NCBI GenBank assembly: GCA_905178155.1
Contig: CAJINV010000022.1
Span: forward strand, 565,799 to 629,798
Reading direction: 5' to 3'
Source: Amoebophrya sp. A120
Lineage: Eukaryota; Protista; Dinoflagellata
Length of the DNA stretch: 64,000 nucleotides
Below the pieces are notes generated by a model. That model did not search any database. It was not told the origin of the DNA and saw nothing but the letters and a program-made list of their open reading frames with translations. The translations under genes were made by a program, and so were the position numbers. Within the stretch, counting starts at the first letter, position 1. The number at the start of each line of letters is the position of its first letter. Shown here one piece after another: positions 12,601-23,101 of this stretch.

Positions 12601-15047
12601 AACAAACACCGAAGTTGTACGAGATGCAGGAGGTGCTTCGGGCGCCGCGAATCAGCAACTGAACTTTGGAGCGGGTTGGGGCAATGGTTTGTTTCCACGA
12701 CCTGCCGGAAACGGTATGGTTTTCGTCAAAAACGCGAATGATTTCGATGGTAATGAAACGACCAATACTGGTGGTAGTCCTGACGGAACATTAAACGGAA
12801 CGTCTAGTGGTCCTACAGAATCTCTGCAGCCCATACTACCGAACCCTCACACTGCGTTTTTGCCCCCGAGTCCGAGTGCTCTGAGCCCAGGAGTGGTGGT
12901 GTTCGGAGATGGAGGCGTAGGTGGCGGCGGAGATGGCGGGTTTGACGGTGGCGCTGGCGGTAGCGACGGTGGTGGTGGCCCGGCAACACGACCAAATACC
13001 CCCGTTGCCCCTCGTCCCGGTGGGAGTAATTATCCCACTGGAAATTATACCGGAGGTGGAACATCACCAGGCAGCTCTCCACCTCTCGTGCGTGGCAACC
13101 TGCCCGTCCCCGCAGCTGCCCCTGCAATGGTTGCTACGAGTTTAATATTGCCAGTAGGACCAAAAGCTGGCGCCGGCGGAATGATGCCACAGCCGAAACA
13201 ACGTCCAGCTCGTCCCACACCTTCCGTTCCGCCTTCCGCTCCAGCAGTTGTGCCGCCAGAAGTTAGCAGTACACCAGGAGACGGTCCGCGAGGAGTATCA
13301 CCGGCGGGCCAACCAGTCGTACCACCATTGCCCTATGACGGGTTGGTCACGGCGTCGTCGACGGGGAATACGACTAGCACCTCGCCGTCATCGCCAAGTA
13401 CCACGACGCTACCGACGGCTGCACAACGCCCTCCGAGTACTAGTACGCCGATGCAGTCAACAACCCAGAATGCTCCATTGCCAACAAGTACTCGAACTGC
13501 ATCGCCACCAAGAGGCGCGCAGGTGCAACAGGATCCACCGCCGGCATTTTTACCACAAGAGCTTGCTGCAAATGGAATAGCGAGTGAGCCGCCAAGACGA
13601 AGAGACCCAGAGGGAGTAGAGCGATCTGCCGTTCCTCAACCGACACGGGACGAAACTCTGACAGAGCCGAGTCGCAATGGAAATGGCCCGCCAGCCGGAG
13701 GAAGCACTGGCCCTAGTACCAATGCAGCCCTGCAAGAAGCGGACCCCCTGTGGCAGGGCGGCAACGAGGTGCGACCGGGAGGAGCCCCGGTCGGGACATC
13801 AGGGCCACAAGCTGAAGAGCGCCACACAGAAGTACCTCGCCAACTACTGGCGGCTCAGAATATCAGGAGCGGTACAACAGCACCGCCCCAGGTCGAAGCT
13901 CCGAGTTCAGCTCGAAGTCCGAGTGAGGGACGAGATTCCAATTCCCGTAGAACTACTGCGTTGGAGCAGCAGACGGTAGTAGAGCACGGCACTAATTCCC
14001 CACCGTCCACTATCCAAGAAAAAAACATTGTAGGTGTAACTTTTTTGGAGGAACAGCATTACAAATTTGTCTGGCATGACAGCAAAAACCTGTCATGCGC
14101 AGATAGTACGTGAAAACGCCCTTTATTGGACCCTACGACGCATGCCAAGCATGACAGACGCAATCATCTTGCAGGTTGCGCATCACAAATTTACACTAAC
14201 AACGTTTTTTGCTTGGATATCCACCAGCCAAGAACCCCCAGGAACTACAGCAAGAGGTCCTCCGCGCAGGCAGCTCACTATCAAATGCAAAAATGTCTGG
14301 GTCTGGAAGATTGCGAGATTTGTCATGCATATTTCGGATCACCATCACGCAAATGGCGTCTGATGCAGGCAAAAGCATCACAGGTTTTGAGCGCGCCTCG
14401 TGATGCCTGTCCCGCATGAGAAACTTCCTACTTGCGTGCCAAGAAATGGACAGCTTTTGGCGCTCATGCAACACAAATTTTTGTGTGTTCCAGAGTTTGC
14501 ATCACAAGTTCCAACCCTTCCAGACCCAGACACTTTTACATTTGATACTCACCTTGGCTCCGCAAAGTTTCGCCGTGCAGGTCGACCCGAATTCTGATAA
14601 TTCGCAGGCGGGCACAGTCTATCCTGAGTAAAAACGTACCCACACCAGAGTTGTAATGCAGATTTGCAAAGACAGGAAGATTTGTAATGCGCATCCCCGC
14701 CATGAGAGCCATTTCCAATCGTGTTTTGGAATTTGTGATGCTGTGAACAGGATGAGCAGATGAATCTGTGATGCGGCTGCACTTGCTAACCTGCACTACA
14801 CTGCATAGCGCAACTTGTCATGCGTGACTCACAAAGCTCCTAGGTTTGTGTTGCAAAATCCCCATCCTGACTCTGGTGTGGGTACGTTTTTGCTCAGGAT
14901 ACAGTCTCCACTGCGTTTATCGAGCCATCAGGCCCAACATCTCCAAGGTCGGCTTGTTCCTTCGCAGCCCCGCCGCGGCCGACTGTTGAAAGTGCTGGTA
15001 ACCGGCGCCGTGTGCTGACAGTGAGTTTACGCCATGAGCAAATATAG
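9661..15047 (+). CDS. Mps1/TTK-like protein kinase with a transmembrane helix and P/T/S/G-rich tail, multi-exon
   Basis: Spliced model gives GELLGRGGFAEVYK, ALK, HFDLKPANFL, DFG, GTILYMAPE, DIWSLG, CL.R..ERIT. Hydrophobic VLISALILSIGIGAAVSIGIFG at about 12536-12601. Six introners removed in frame. A possible GT donor at 15021 may extend the gene. Confidence 0.85.
10089..10315. mobile_element. TIR introner family D (diverged)
   Basis: TAT...ATA ends, flanks TCCAA/TCCAT; frame restored. Confidence 0.75.
10371..10532. mobile_element. TIR introner family B in kinase G-loop
   Basis: Flanks CTTCG/CTTTG; removal restores GRGGF-AEVYK. Confidence 0.85.
11324..11478. mobile_element. TIR introner family B
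   Basis: TATCCTGTGCAAAAGTATCGTACTC...CTTTTGCAATCCATA; flanks GATCC/AATCC; joins to ORF 11567. Confidence 0.9.
14011..14219. mobile_element. TIR introner family D
   Basis: TATCCAAGAAAAAA...TTTTTTGCTTGGATA; perfect TCCAC repeat. Confidence 0.9.
14279..14547. mobile_element. TIR introner family A
   Basis: About 31-bp TIR TATCAAATGCAAAAATGTCTGGGTCTGGAAG; perfect CTCAC repeat. Confidence 0.95.
14620..14901. mobile_element. TIR introner family C
   Basis: TIR TATCCTGAGTAAAAACGTACCCACACCAGAGT; perfect CAGTC repeat. Confidence 0.95.
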
Positions 15048-15254
15048 TATCGTACTTGTGTGGTCTGTGTGAATTGTACTACTGATGCATGTTTTTTGCA
15101 GCTACAGAGAAATTCTTTTCCACTGCCCTGTGTTTCACCACCACGACCACCAGTGTCAGTCTTCCTTATTGCCACCAACATTTTCAGAACACAATTTACG
15201 CTAAAGGACGATATATGAGCTTGTGATGCATAGACGCGATGTAGCGAAAGCGAC

Positions 15255-16193
15255 GTGAATATCCAGCCGGCGGTGGTGCCAGCGGGTTGTGGTACTGGAG
15301 GAAGCTCGGGCTCCTCGGGCGTCCAACCCACAGTCGTGCAGACGCCTGAACCACCACTGGAAGTGGCAGGGCGACATGTTGGTACGAATACTTTAGCCGC
15401 GCGAAGACCACCGCCCATGGGTCAGCCTACAGCCGAAACCGCAACAAGTGTTCTGGGGGGTGGACAGAATCTTGTTCTCGAGGGGGTTCAACATCAACAG
15501 CCACCGATCGACTATGCTGTCGCGCCGGGTCGTTGTTCAGTTGTGACCACAGGCAGTGCTGAGCAAGCAGTGGATGCCGGGGAAAGATTCTTGCAACCGA
15601 GAATTATGAATGTTGTCCCGCCGGTGGGGACTCCGCCTGAAGCAGAAGCCAGTTGTAGCTCATCAAGTCTAGTGTCAACACCGGCTTGTTCACTACCACC
15701 AACCGACTCTGCTGCGTCCGCTCCAGGTACTATAGCTCCGCGCGGAGGAGTACTAGTACTGGAACCTGCATCCGCATCGGGAGGACCCCCAGCCACTTGC
15801 GAGGAAGCTACAGTGGGTGGTGGTGGTCTTTTCCCGGCACAAGGAGGACCTGATGGTGGCCGCTTCCCTGCGCAAGGAGGACCCGACGGTGGCTGCTTCC
15901 CTGCGCAAGGAGGACCCGATGGTGGTGGTGTCTTCGCAGTACAGCAGTCTTCCGCGGCTGATAACAGCAGCACCGTCGGGGACGAGCAAAGTAGTACTAC
16001 AGCTGGTGAAGCGAATGTTTTTGCGACAGTGCTGTCTACAACACGACAGGAAGATGAAGTAGAGGCGCCTGCAGTGCGCCACCAGGACGACCACGACACA
16101 GAGCCGCGTAGGCGACCCAGCTGTGATGGCCCAGGTCCGGGCGACCTCGTGACCTTCGCCAATTTGCAGACAATTTTTCTTATCACACGATGA
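15255..16193 (+). CDS. Low-complexity coding exon with 30-bp repeats (FPAQGGPDGG x3)
   Basis: 312-aa ORF, tandem repeat at about 15830-15927; probably an exon of a neighbouring gene. Confidence 0.55.
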   Translation: MNIQPAVVPAGCGTGGSSGSSGVQPTVVQTPEPPLEVAGRHVGTNTLAARRPPPMGQPTAETATSVLGGGQNLVLEGVQHQQPPIDYAVAPGRCSVVTTGSAEQAVDAGERFLQPRIMNVVPPVGTPPEAEASCSSSSLVSTPACSLPPTDSAASAPGTIAPRGGVLVLEPASASGGPPATCEEATVGGGGLFPAQGGPDGGRFPAQGGPDGGCFPAQGGPDGGGVFAVQQSSAADNSSTVGDEQSSTTAGEANVFATVLSTTRQEDEVEAPAVRHQDDHDTEPRRRPSCDGPGPGDLVTFANLQTIFLITR

Positions 16194-16459
16194 AAAAGCG
16201 TTCCATGTTTTGCGCCTTGTCAGGCTGGAAAAGCATTGTCATGATATATGCACCATTGCCATTTTTGGTGCCTGACGGACGGAGTGGTTAAAACTTGCTC
16301 CACTGTGCGAAGAAAAGACTCATTTATACTTGACTCAGATTTGTATTGCTCTACTGATGAATTGATGGCCCCCGCTGCTGCGTCATCAAGACAGAAATAG
16401 AAATTTCGGCACAGCAACAAGCGAAACGCAAAGGAGAAGGTAGCGCCTAAGTACTTCTT

Positions 16460-18663
16460 TTGAAAAAAAACGCTTCTCGCGGAAGGTGGTGGACGAACCA
16501 AAACTCAGCGCTTTTTCAAGCGATACCGCAACGCGATCTAGTAAGGCGCGCTATAGCGATTCCAGCCTTCCGCGCAGAAGTCGGTAATGCCATCGGGAAT
16601 TGGCACCAGATGCGAACCGCGCTCGGAGAAGAAGTTGCGAAGGAGTTGAAACGCTCGTTTCTAGCAGAAGAAATGGACGACTTCATGGCGGAACTGCTGC
16701 GCGAGCAGCTGCACAAAATGCAAGTTCTGCAGCTGTCAGAAGGTAGTACCAGTTTAATCGGCTCTGGTGTAGTCGCTCAAGGGGCAGCTGGGACGCAAAT
16801 TACCGTTCCCGCGGAAGTGTACTATGATTCTGCACGTGCACGTTACAGATTATTATACGATATTACGGAAGAAAGCGGCCGTCGTCGCTGTCACACGACC
16901 ACATCGCCGGAAGGTCAGAAGTATGAACTGCAAAAGTATCGTACTCGTATAAATGCATGACAAATTCCCTCAGCATGAGAAATAAATTTTGTAATGCGGA
17001 TTTACCTTGAGACAAAAATTTGTAATGCATGATTGCAATACGAGTACGATACTTTTTCACAGGATAAGAAGATAGCCGAGTGGGTGGAAGAAAAGATCAA
17101 GCAGGCAAGAGAGAAAATAGCCGAGGCGAGAGCAGTATCAAATGCAAATCTGTCTGGGTCTGGAAGAACGAAGCAACTTGTCATGCTAAATCTGAATCAT
17201 GTGGAAATCTGTGTTGCGTGATTGCCAAAAGCTGTCTACTTTTGACCTGATCGAGAGGCAGTTTCTCATGCAGGATAGGCATGAGAGAACTCTCACAGAA
17301 TCTGTCATGCGATGTTCTACATACCAGACAGCATGGGTCATGGAAAATCTGCATGACAAGTCTACTGGCATTCTCCCAGACCCAGACACTTTTGCAGTTC
17401 ATAAGCAGCAGGGGAAATTCAGAACCCTGCTGAAGTACTGGCTTTCCTGGCCGCCGGAGCGGGTCGTGCGACAAGTGCCGGCAGGACAAGCCTCGACAAT
17501 CGGGCAGAGGAAGGAGGTGACGTAGAATTTCACCCTGAATCCGGAGCCCCCACCCCAGCAGCTTCTGATGTGCTGCTCTACGTGCCGCCGGTAGTTCTAT
17601 CTGAGAGGCTCGCAGGGCTGCTAGAGCAATTTGCCCAAGCAGAGATCATGCGAGACGATCGAGGCGTTCTACTGGGCGGAAGAAATTATGTGCTCCAATC
17701 AGCGGAAGAGTCCCTCCGCTTCGCGGAATACCTGTCTGGAACTGCACGGCCGCCAGAGGTGCAACGGGCCGGAGAAGTTGTTGACGCAAAGGCACGGAGG
17801 GACGGACAAGAACACCTGAATGAAGGTGGTATCAAACTAGAATTAAGGTGCCCGAGCCTGAGAATCTGATTAGGCATCAAAGCCGTGCTGCAAATCTATC
17901 TCTGCGGCAGTATGTATCAGCATCGTGATTGTTTTCGGCTTAGAATCTGAAACCACGTAGATTTGCGCACGATGAACGAGGTTGCAATCATTCCAAAAAA
18001 CTACTGCATTCAATTTTCTCCAATGCATCAAAACTGTTCATTTTCTTGGGGAGTACGGCACCTTTTTTCATTTCTATACCCTGGACCTCCTTCTACCGTT
18101 TCGCGCAAGTCAGCCTCCTACCCGGCCTCAGGCACCTCTTGAGCCTTCTCTTCTACTCTGGGACGAACAATGATCTCACGATGCTTGGGCATCAAAGAAC
18201 ATCAAGGGATGTAAAATTACGAGCAGAATTCGAAGCACAATGGGCACCACAACTATTGCGCATGATTTACACACTCGATAAGGGCGGTGGGAGGTTTCCG
18301 TGGACCAACATCGCACCGAAGAATAATCGTCATGCTCCTGCACGATCGAGCGGAATATTAACGGGGGCACGACAAGCAGGAGGTTATTCATCTAGCCAGA
18401 GAGGTGACCACACCTCGGGATCAGGATCTACTTCGTCGGGGTCATCTTGTTCGTCGTCCTCTGGCCGACCTGTACCCCGAGCTGCGGCGGATCATGGTTG
18501 TTCCGGAGGTGATCATGCAGAAGTGAGCCGCCCCGCCCCACACGCGGATGAACAAGACGCAAGCCACGCTTCAGGATCACGAAGCGAATTTTCACAAGGA
18601 AATCCAAACCACGAGCATCGCCCGAGGAACTACGAAGCGGTGTTTGTAGAGGAGGTTGATTGA
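16460..18663 (+). CDS. Unknown protein family X, copy 2, multi-exon
   Basis: Removing 16922-17066, 17136-17403 and 17830-18078 (+5 nt each) gives one open frame colinear with copy 1 (FLAEEMDDFM, SPEGQKIAEWV, VLQSAEESLRFAEYLSG, KLRAEF). Confidence 0.7.
16922..17066. mobile_element. TIR introner family B
   Basis: Perfect AGAAG repeat; frame restored. Confidence 0.95.
17136..17403. mobile_element. TIR introner family A
   Basis: Perfect AGCAG repeat; frame restored. Confidence 0.95.
17830..18078. mobile_element. Degenerate TIR introner
   Basis: TATC..AAGGTGCC / GGCACCTT..TATA inverted ends; direct repeat eroded but +5 removal is in frame. Confidence 0.55.
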
Positions 18664-18669
18664 AATTTG

Positions 18670-19038
18670 TGTTGATCGTGTGATCTTGACCTCCCGAACA
18701 CACTCCTTCTTCTTCTTCTTACGGGAAACAAAACGCGTCCTTTCCTGATTGTGTTTGCTCAAAACCTTGAGCCAACGGCTCAAACGAAAATTGTTGTTGT
18801 ACATGTTTCAGCATGAGAGATTCGCTCTCCACCCGGTTCCAGGGTCTATCTAATGTTCTCTCTCAAAGAAAGAAGAGTGCGAATAAACTTTTCCCCAAAA
18901 ACGAATACGAAAGATATTGGAAAAACGATGGATGCGACTAGTCGTGAAAAAACAGATACCGACTAGCGACGACCACGATAAGCGAAAAAACAAGCTCTTG
19001 ACCGATGAGAGATAGGTGTGAACACATTGTGAACAACA
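18670..19038 (-). repeat. Copia 3' LTR
   Basis: Direct repeat of 24592-24960. Confidence 0.97.
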
Positions 19039-19050
19039 CCCCTCCTCAAA
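19039..19050 (-). other. Copia polypurine tract
   Basis: Minus strand TTTGAGGAGGGG abuts the 3' LTR. Confidence 0.85.
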
Positions 19051-19199
19051 CTAGCCGAAGGACCTGCTTTTTGCAAATTTAAAGCTTGGAAAATGGCTGG
19101 TCGTGCTAGTTTGCTATTTAGTGGCGTTTTTCTTCTACTAACTCAACTATCTGTATGCTGACCTGTATGCATGCTATGACTTTTACTCGATTTTATGCG

Positions 19200-22100
19200 C
19201 TATGGATTAATCATACTGATGAGAAAGTTATGCACTTTGATCGGCAGTGACTTGGTAAGGATATCAGCATACTGGTATTTGGTTTGCACATGGACTACCT
19301 TTACTTCTTTTCGCTTGTGTAGGTCTTTGATGAAGTTGTAACGTATATCGATGTGCTTGGTTTTGCGCGTGCTATCACTTTGCTCTACTAGATCTATGCA
19401 GGACTTATTGTCCTCAAAAATTACTGTTGGGCATTTTTTAACATCAGGAATTTTTGCACTTTCGGCTAGGCTGGAGATAAAATTCCGATAATACAAAATC
19501 TCGCGGCCGCACTCCGATATAGCGTAGTACTCGGCTTCGCAGCTGGAAAGTGATACAGATTTTTGTGTGATCGATTGCCAAAAAACTAAATCACCACCAT
19601 AGAAAACGAGGATGCCGGAAGTGGATCGGCGGTCTTCCGAATTGCCCCAATCGGCATCCGAAAAACCTATGATCTCTTCAGCATCGGGCGTGTGCGTGCA
19701 CGCCTTTATTTCTAGCGGTTGCGCCCCACGAAAGGTCAACGCAAATTCCCGCGTGCCCTTCAGGTAGCGTATGAGCCGCGCGGCGGCGATGTGCTCGCGC
19801 TTCGTATTTTTGTCGCTGAATTTTCCTAGTTCTTTTACTGCGTAGCCGATATCATATCGCGAAGCTACTGCAAGATACATGCACATCCCGACTAATTTTC
19901 TATAATTGCTGCTGTTGACCTTGGTCGGTGCGTTTGTATCATCTTTGTCTATGTCAATGGATCTAAGATCGGTAGAAGGCGTGCGCACTGGCATGCAGTT
20001 TTGCATGTCAAACTCAGAAAGAATTTTGTCTATGAGTGTCTCCTGAGTTATTTTTATAGTGCCCTTCTTTTTGTTTTGATGAATATGCAGGCCGAGATAC
20101 ATGCGATGCGAAATTCCTTTTTCGTCAGTAGTAGGCTTAATCCGCTTGCAAGCGAAGTTTTGCAGTATCTCACTAACCTCAGCATCGATGGCATCCTGTC
20201 GGCCGAACAGAAGTAAATCATCTACATACAGGAGGAGATAAACCCCATTGCGGTCGAAGAGACACGGCTCGACTTTATTCTGTCGCCAACCATGCGAGGA
20301 CAAAAAATCTCGAAAATACTCATACCACCTAAATCCGCTCTCCTTCAGCCCATAGAGGGCGCGCTGAAGCTTCCAAACTTCGCCCGGCTTCGTCCGCCAC
20401 TGCGGCGGCGGCGAAACGTAAACCGGCTCGGTTAGTGGTGCATTGACATACGCATTGGAAATGTCGTATTGGTCTATGTCCCACTTTTTTCTGGCGGCTA
20501 GGGAGAGCAGGATTCTGAGCGTACTAAAACGCGCGACGGGCGAAAAGTAGGCATCTGCGCCATGCTGGCGGTTGCCAAGCACCACACATCTGCACTTAAA
20601 TCTGCCATCCTCCTTGCGCGACAGGATAAGCCTGAGCGGCAAAATATCCTTCTTGGGTATTTTTGCCCACTCAGGTTCCGGCAGAGGTATGGCGAAGTTT
20701 TTAGCTTCAAGCCCGTCCCGCTCTACTTGTATACACTTAGACCAATGGGTCGCGTTTGCACTTTGTAGCGCCTGCCTAATGCAGATTTTATCAGCTAAAA
20801 AGCATAAGTCCTGTACACTTTGCATAGTGAATTCTACCTCAGGACATTCAACTTGCAGGTAGGCCAACAACTCCTCCGTAGTGCAGTCTTGCGTATCCTG
20901 ATCTCGCGCTTGGTTCCGCAGCAGGTACGACTCGTCCTCGAAGGAGATATAGGACAGCGCGGCGCCCGCATTGTTGTGTCGCACCGTCTTTGGCGTCGGG
21001 ATGGATAAGAACACGGCGTCGAGGGTCGTCTGTATCTCCGGTCGCGAGTGCTGTGCGGGCTTCGGCTGGCTACTGTTCTGGTCCCGGTCGCAGGAGCTGT
21101 TTATTGCTGCTGTATCAGAAGACGTCGCGACCGGTGCGCGTTTCCCTTCCTTGGGAAAATGTCGATCACTGTTGCGCGTCCCCTCCTGAAGCTGTTCGTC
21201 GGTGGTAGTTACGAATTTGCGCGGGGCAGCTCCGGGAACGTATGTGCGGCACGCAATTTGCTCGGCGAAGGTTACTTTATTCCGGACACGGGAAACTGGT
21301 GCGATTGGCCGTCTCCCCGTGCTGTTCTTCCGCACAAAGTCTCGGACCCTTGGCAGGACCTTGTCGAGCTTTTCGTCGTAAACTGCGACGTCGAGGGAAT
21401 GATCGGCAAAACCTAGAAACCGCCCCGGGCTCCTTCGGTCCTCGAGCTTGCCCTGCGGCTTCGTGTTGTAAAATACTTCCTCGCCGAAGCGAAGAAGTTT
21501 GGCCGTGTCGAAGTCCTCGCCGTAGGCTTCCCGGTGGGAGTTGCTGCCGTGCAGGCATTTTCGCGGCATTATCGACAAGCAGAAAACGTAGTGCTTTATC
21601 GCATAGCACCACAACTTTTTCGGCAGTCCGGAGTCAGCGATGAGTGTTCTTGTGCCCGCGAGGGCCAGCTTGTTCAACACCTCCGCGCCGCCATTCATCG
21701 GCGATGAGTAGTAGGAGGTGAAGATCTGGACTATTCTATTAGCCCGGCACTCGGCCCGGAACCGCTCCGAAATAAATTCGCCACCGTTGTCCGACTTCAG
21801 CCGGCGCGGGGCGGTGTGCTTCGCGATCCAGAGTCGCAGGCCATTGACGCTGTCAGCCTTGCGGCGCAACGGCGCCACCTCCGGCAGCCGCGTCTTCTTG
21901 TCCGCTATGGTCATCGCGAATTTATGTCCGTGCATCGACTCCGGCAGAATTGGGCCGCAGAGGTCCGTGCTGATTTCGTCATTGAATGTCAGCCGGCCCT
22001 CGTACTGGTCATCCCGCGGCCCCGCCCGGTGTGGAGCCTTTGCTGCTCTGGAGATCGTACAGCTCTGGCAGAACCCGCGGTAGGGAAGTATGTGTGCGCT

Positions 22101-22619
22101 GCGGCAGTGGTCTTCAAAGCTATATGTCAAGCATGAGTACTCCTCCTTACTAGTATTTTTGTGGAATATTACGTAAAAGAGACCGTTCGTAAATCTGTGT
22201 ATAGCGATGCTCTTCCTCTCCTGGCCGGGAAGGAAGAGCTGCGCAAGGTCTGCGCTGAAAAGAAATCCTTTCGCCAGCAAAATGCTGACAGCGAGGATGT
22301 TAAAAGGTATGCAATCGTTGAAGATTGCCCTGCTGATATTGATCAACAAGTTGTTATTTGCAAGTGGCTTGGGTTTGCATATTGGCGCCTTGACTGGCTC
22401 GCCGAATATGCCCCGTACCGATGTAACTTGGTCCCTGTAAATCGTATCTACTAGTGTGCTGTCTTGGAGCATGTGTGACGTGGCCCCCGTGTCGAGTAGC
22501 CATATGGAAAAATTTGCATTGGATAATGTATCGACTGTTTCAACCATACTATAAATGTTGTCCATTCTAGAAAAAATTTTTGCTGTTTCGGGCGCAACCC
22601 GCATGAAGTTGTCTGACAT
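19200..22619 (-). CDS. pol: Copia Pol (protease, integrase, RT, RNase H)
   Basis: WLLDTGATSHM; H..H..CQSC; DLCGP..SDNGGEF..NGGAE; DISNAY..YVDD; DADW..KHIDIRY. Confidence 0.95.
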   Translation of the reverse strand: MSDNFMRVAPETAKIFSRMDNIYSMVETVDTLSNANFSIWLLDTGATSHMLQDSTLVDTIYRDQVTSVRGIFGEPVKAPICKPKPLANNNLLINISRAIFNDCIPFNILAVSILLAKGFLFSADLAQLFLPGQERKSIAIHRFTNGLFYVIFHKNTSKEEYSCLTYSFEDHCRSAHILPYRGFCQSCTISRAAKAPHRAGPRDDQYEGRLTFNDEISTDLCGPILPESMHGHKFAMTIADKKTRLPEVAPLRRKADSVNGLRLWIAKHTAPRRLKSDNGGEFISERFRAECRANRIVQIFTSYYSSPMNGGAEVLNKLALAGTRTLIADSGLPKKLWCYAIKHYVFCLSIMPRKCLHGSNSHREAYGEDFDTAKLLRFGEEVFYNTKPQGKLEDRRSPGRFLGFADHSLDVAVYDEKLDKVLPRVRDFVRKNSTGRRPIAPVSRVRNKVTFAEQIACRTYVPGAAPRKFVTTTDEQLQEGTRNSDRHFPKEGKRAPVATSSDTAAINSSCDRDQNSSQPKPAQHSRPEIQTTLDAVFLSIPTPKTVRHNNAGAALSYISFEDESYLLRNQARDQDTQDCTTEELLAYLQVECPEVEFTMQSVQDLCFLADKICIRQALQSANATHWSKCIQVERDGLEAKNFAIPLPEPEWAKIPKKDILPLRLILSRKEDGRFKCRCVVLGNRQHGADAYFSPVARFSTLRILLSLAARKKWDIDQYDISNAYVNAPLTEPVYVSPPPQWRTKPGEVWKLQRALYGLKESGFRWYEYFRDFLSSHGWRQNKVEPCLFDRNGVYLLLYVDDLLLFGRQDAIDAEVSEILQNFACKRIKPTTDEKGISHRMYLGLHIHQNKKKGTIKITQETLIDKILSEFDMQNCMPVRTPSTDLRSIDIDKDDTNAPTKVNSSNYRKLVGMCMYLAVASRYDIGYAVKELGKFSDKNTKREHIAAARLIRYLKGTREFALTFRGAQPLEIKACTHTPDAEEIIGFSDADWGNSEDRRSTSGILVFYGGDLVFWQSITQKSVSLSSCEAEYYAISECGREILYYRNFISSLAESAKIPDVKKCPTVIFEDNKSCIDLVEQSDSTRKTKHIDIRYNFIKDLHKRKEVKVVHVQTKYQYADILTKSLPIKVHNFLISMINP

Positions 22620-23101
22620 TTTTCACAAACTGGGACGCGAATGCCACTGAGATGAGAAGGCGTGGCCTCAACGGAAAATTAGCGCACTGCTATCCCCGAG
22701 GTCAGAGGGTCTGTGACTCACGATGTCACTCCCGCCTGCGCCCTGGCGATGTCAGTGTCGTCCGTACAGCAATATTTATACACGGAAGTAGAATTATGCA
22801 CATGGGCGTGACGCCTTCTGCTATTTTGTAGCGACTTATCTTGCAGTTAATCTTTTTGCTTTTCAAAAAAAAATATTTGCTTTGTAATGCGGAAACTCAG
22901 ATTTTCCGTGGTTTTTGTGACAAAATCCTTCAAAATTTGTTTTACACAAAGAGAAACCAATAAAAAAATAGAAAAAAAAAATTGTACAGAAATGCGATTG
23001 CAACCAATGAAACGAGATTATACAAAACTTGAATTGTACATTGCGAACTGATATAAATGTGTTTGAAAGTAATTATTTGAAATTGACCACCGCCGCACTA
23101 T

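Noticed and set aside
14279-14901. CRISPR-like array from repeated ~30-bp sequences
   Set aside because: The repeats are inverted pairs with target duplications, irregularly spaced, in eukaryotic genes; no cas genes.
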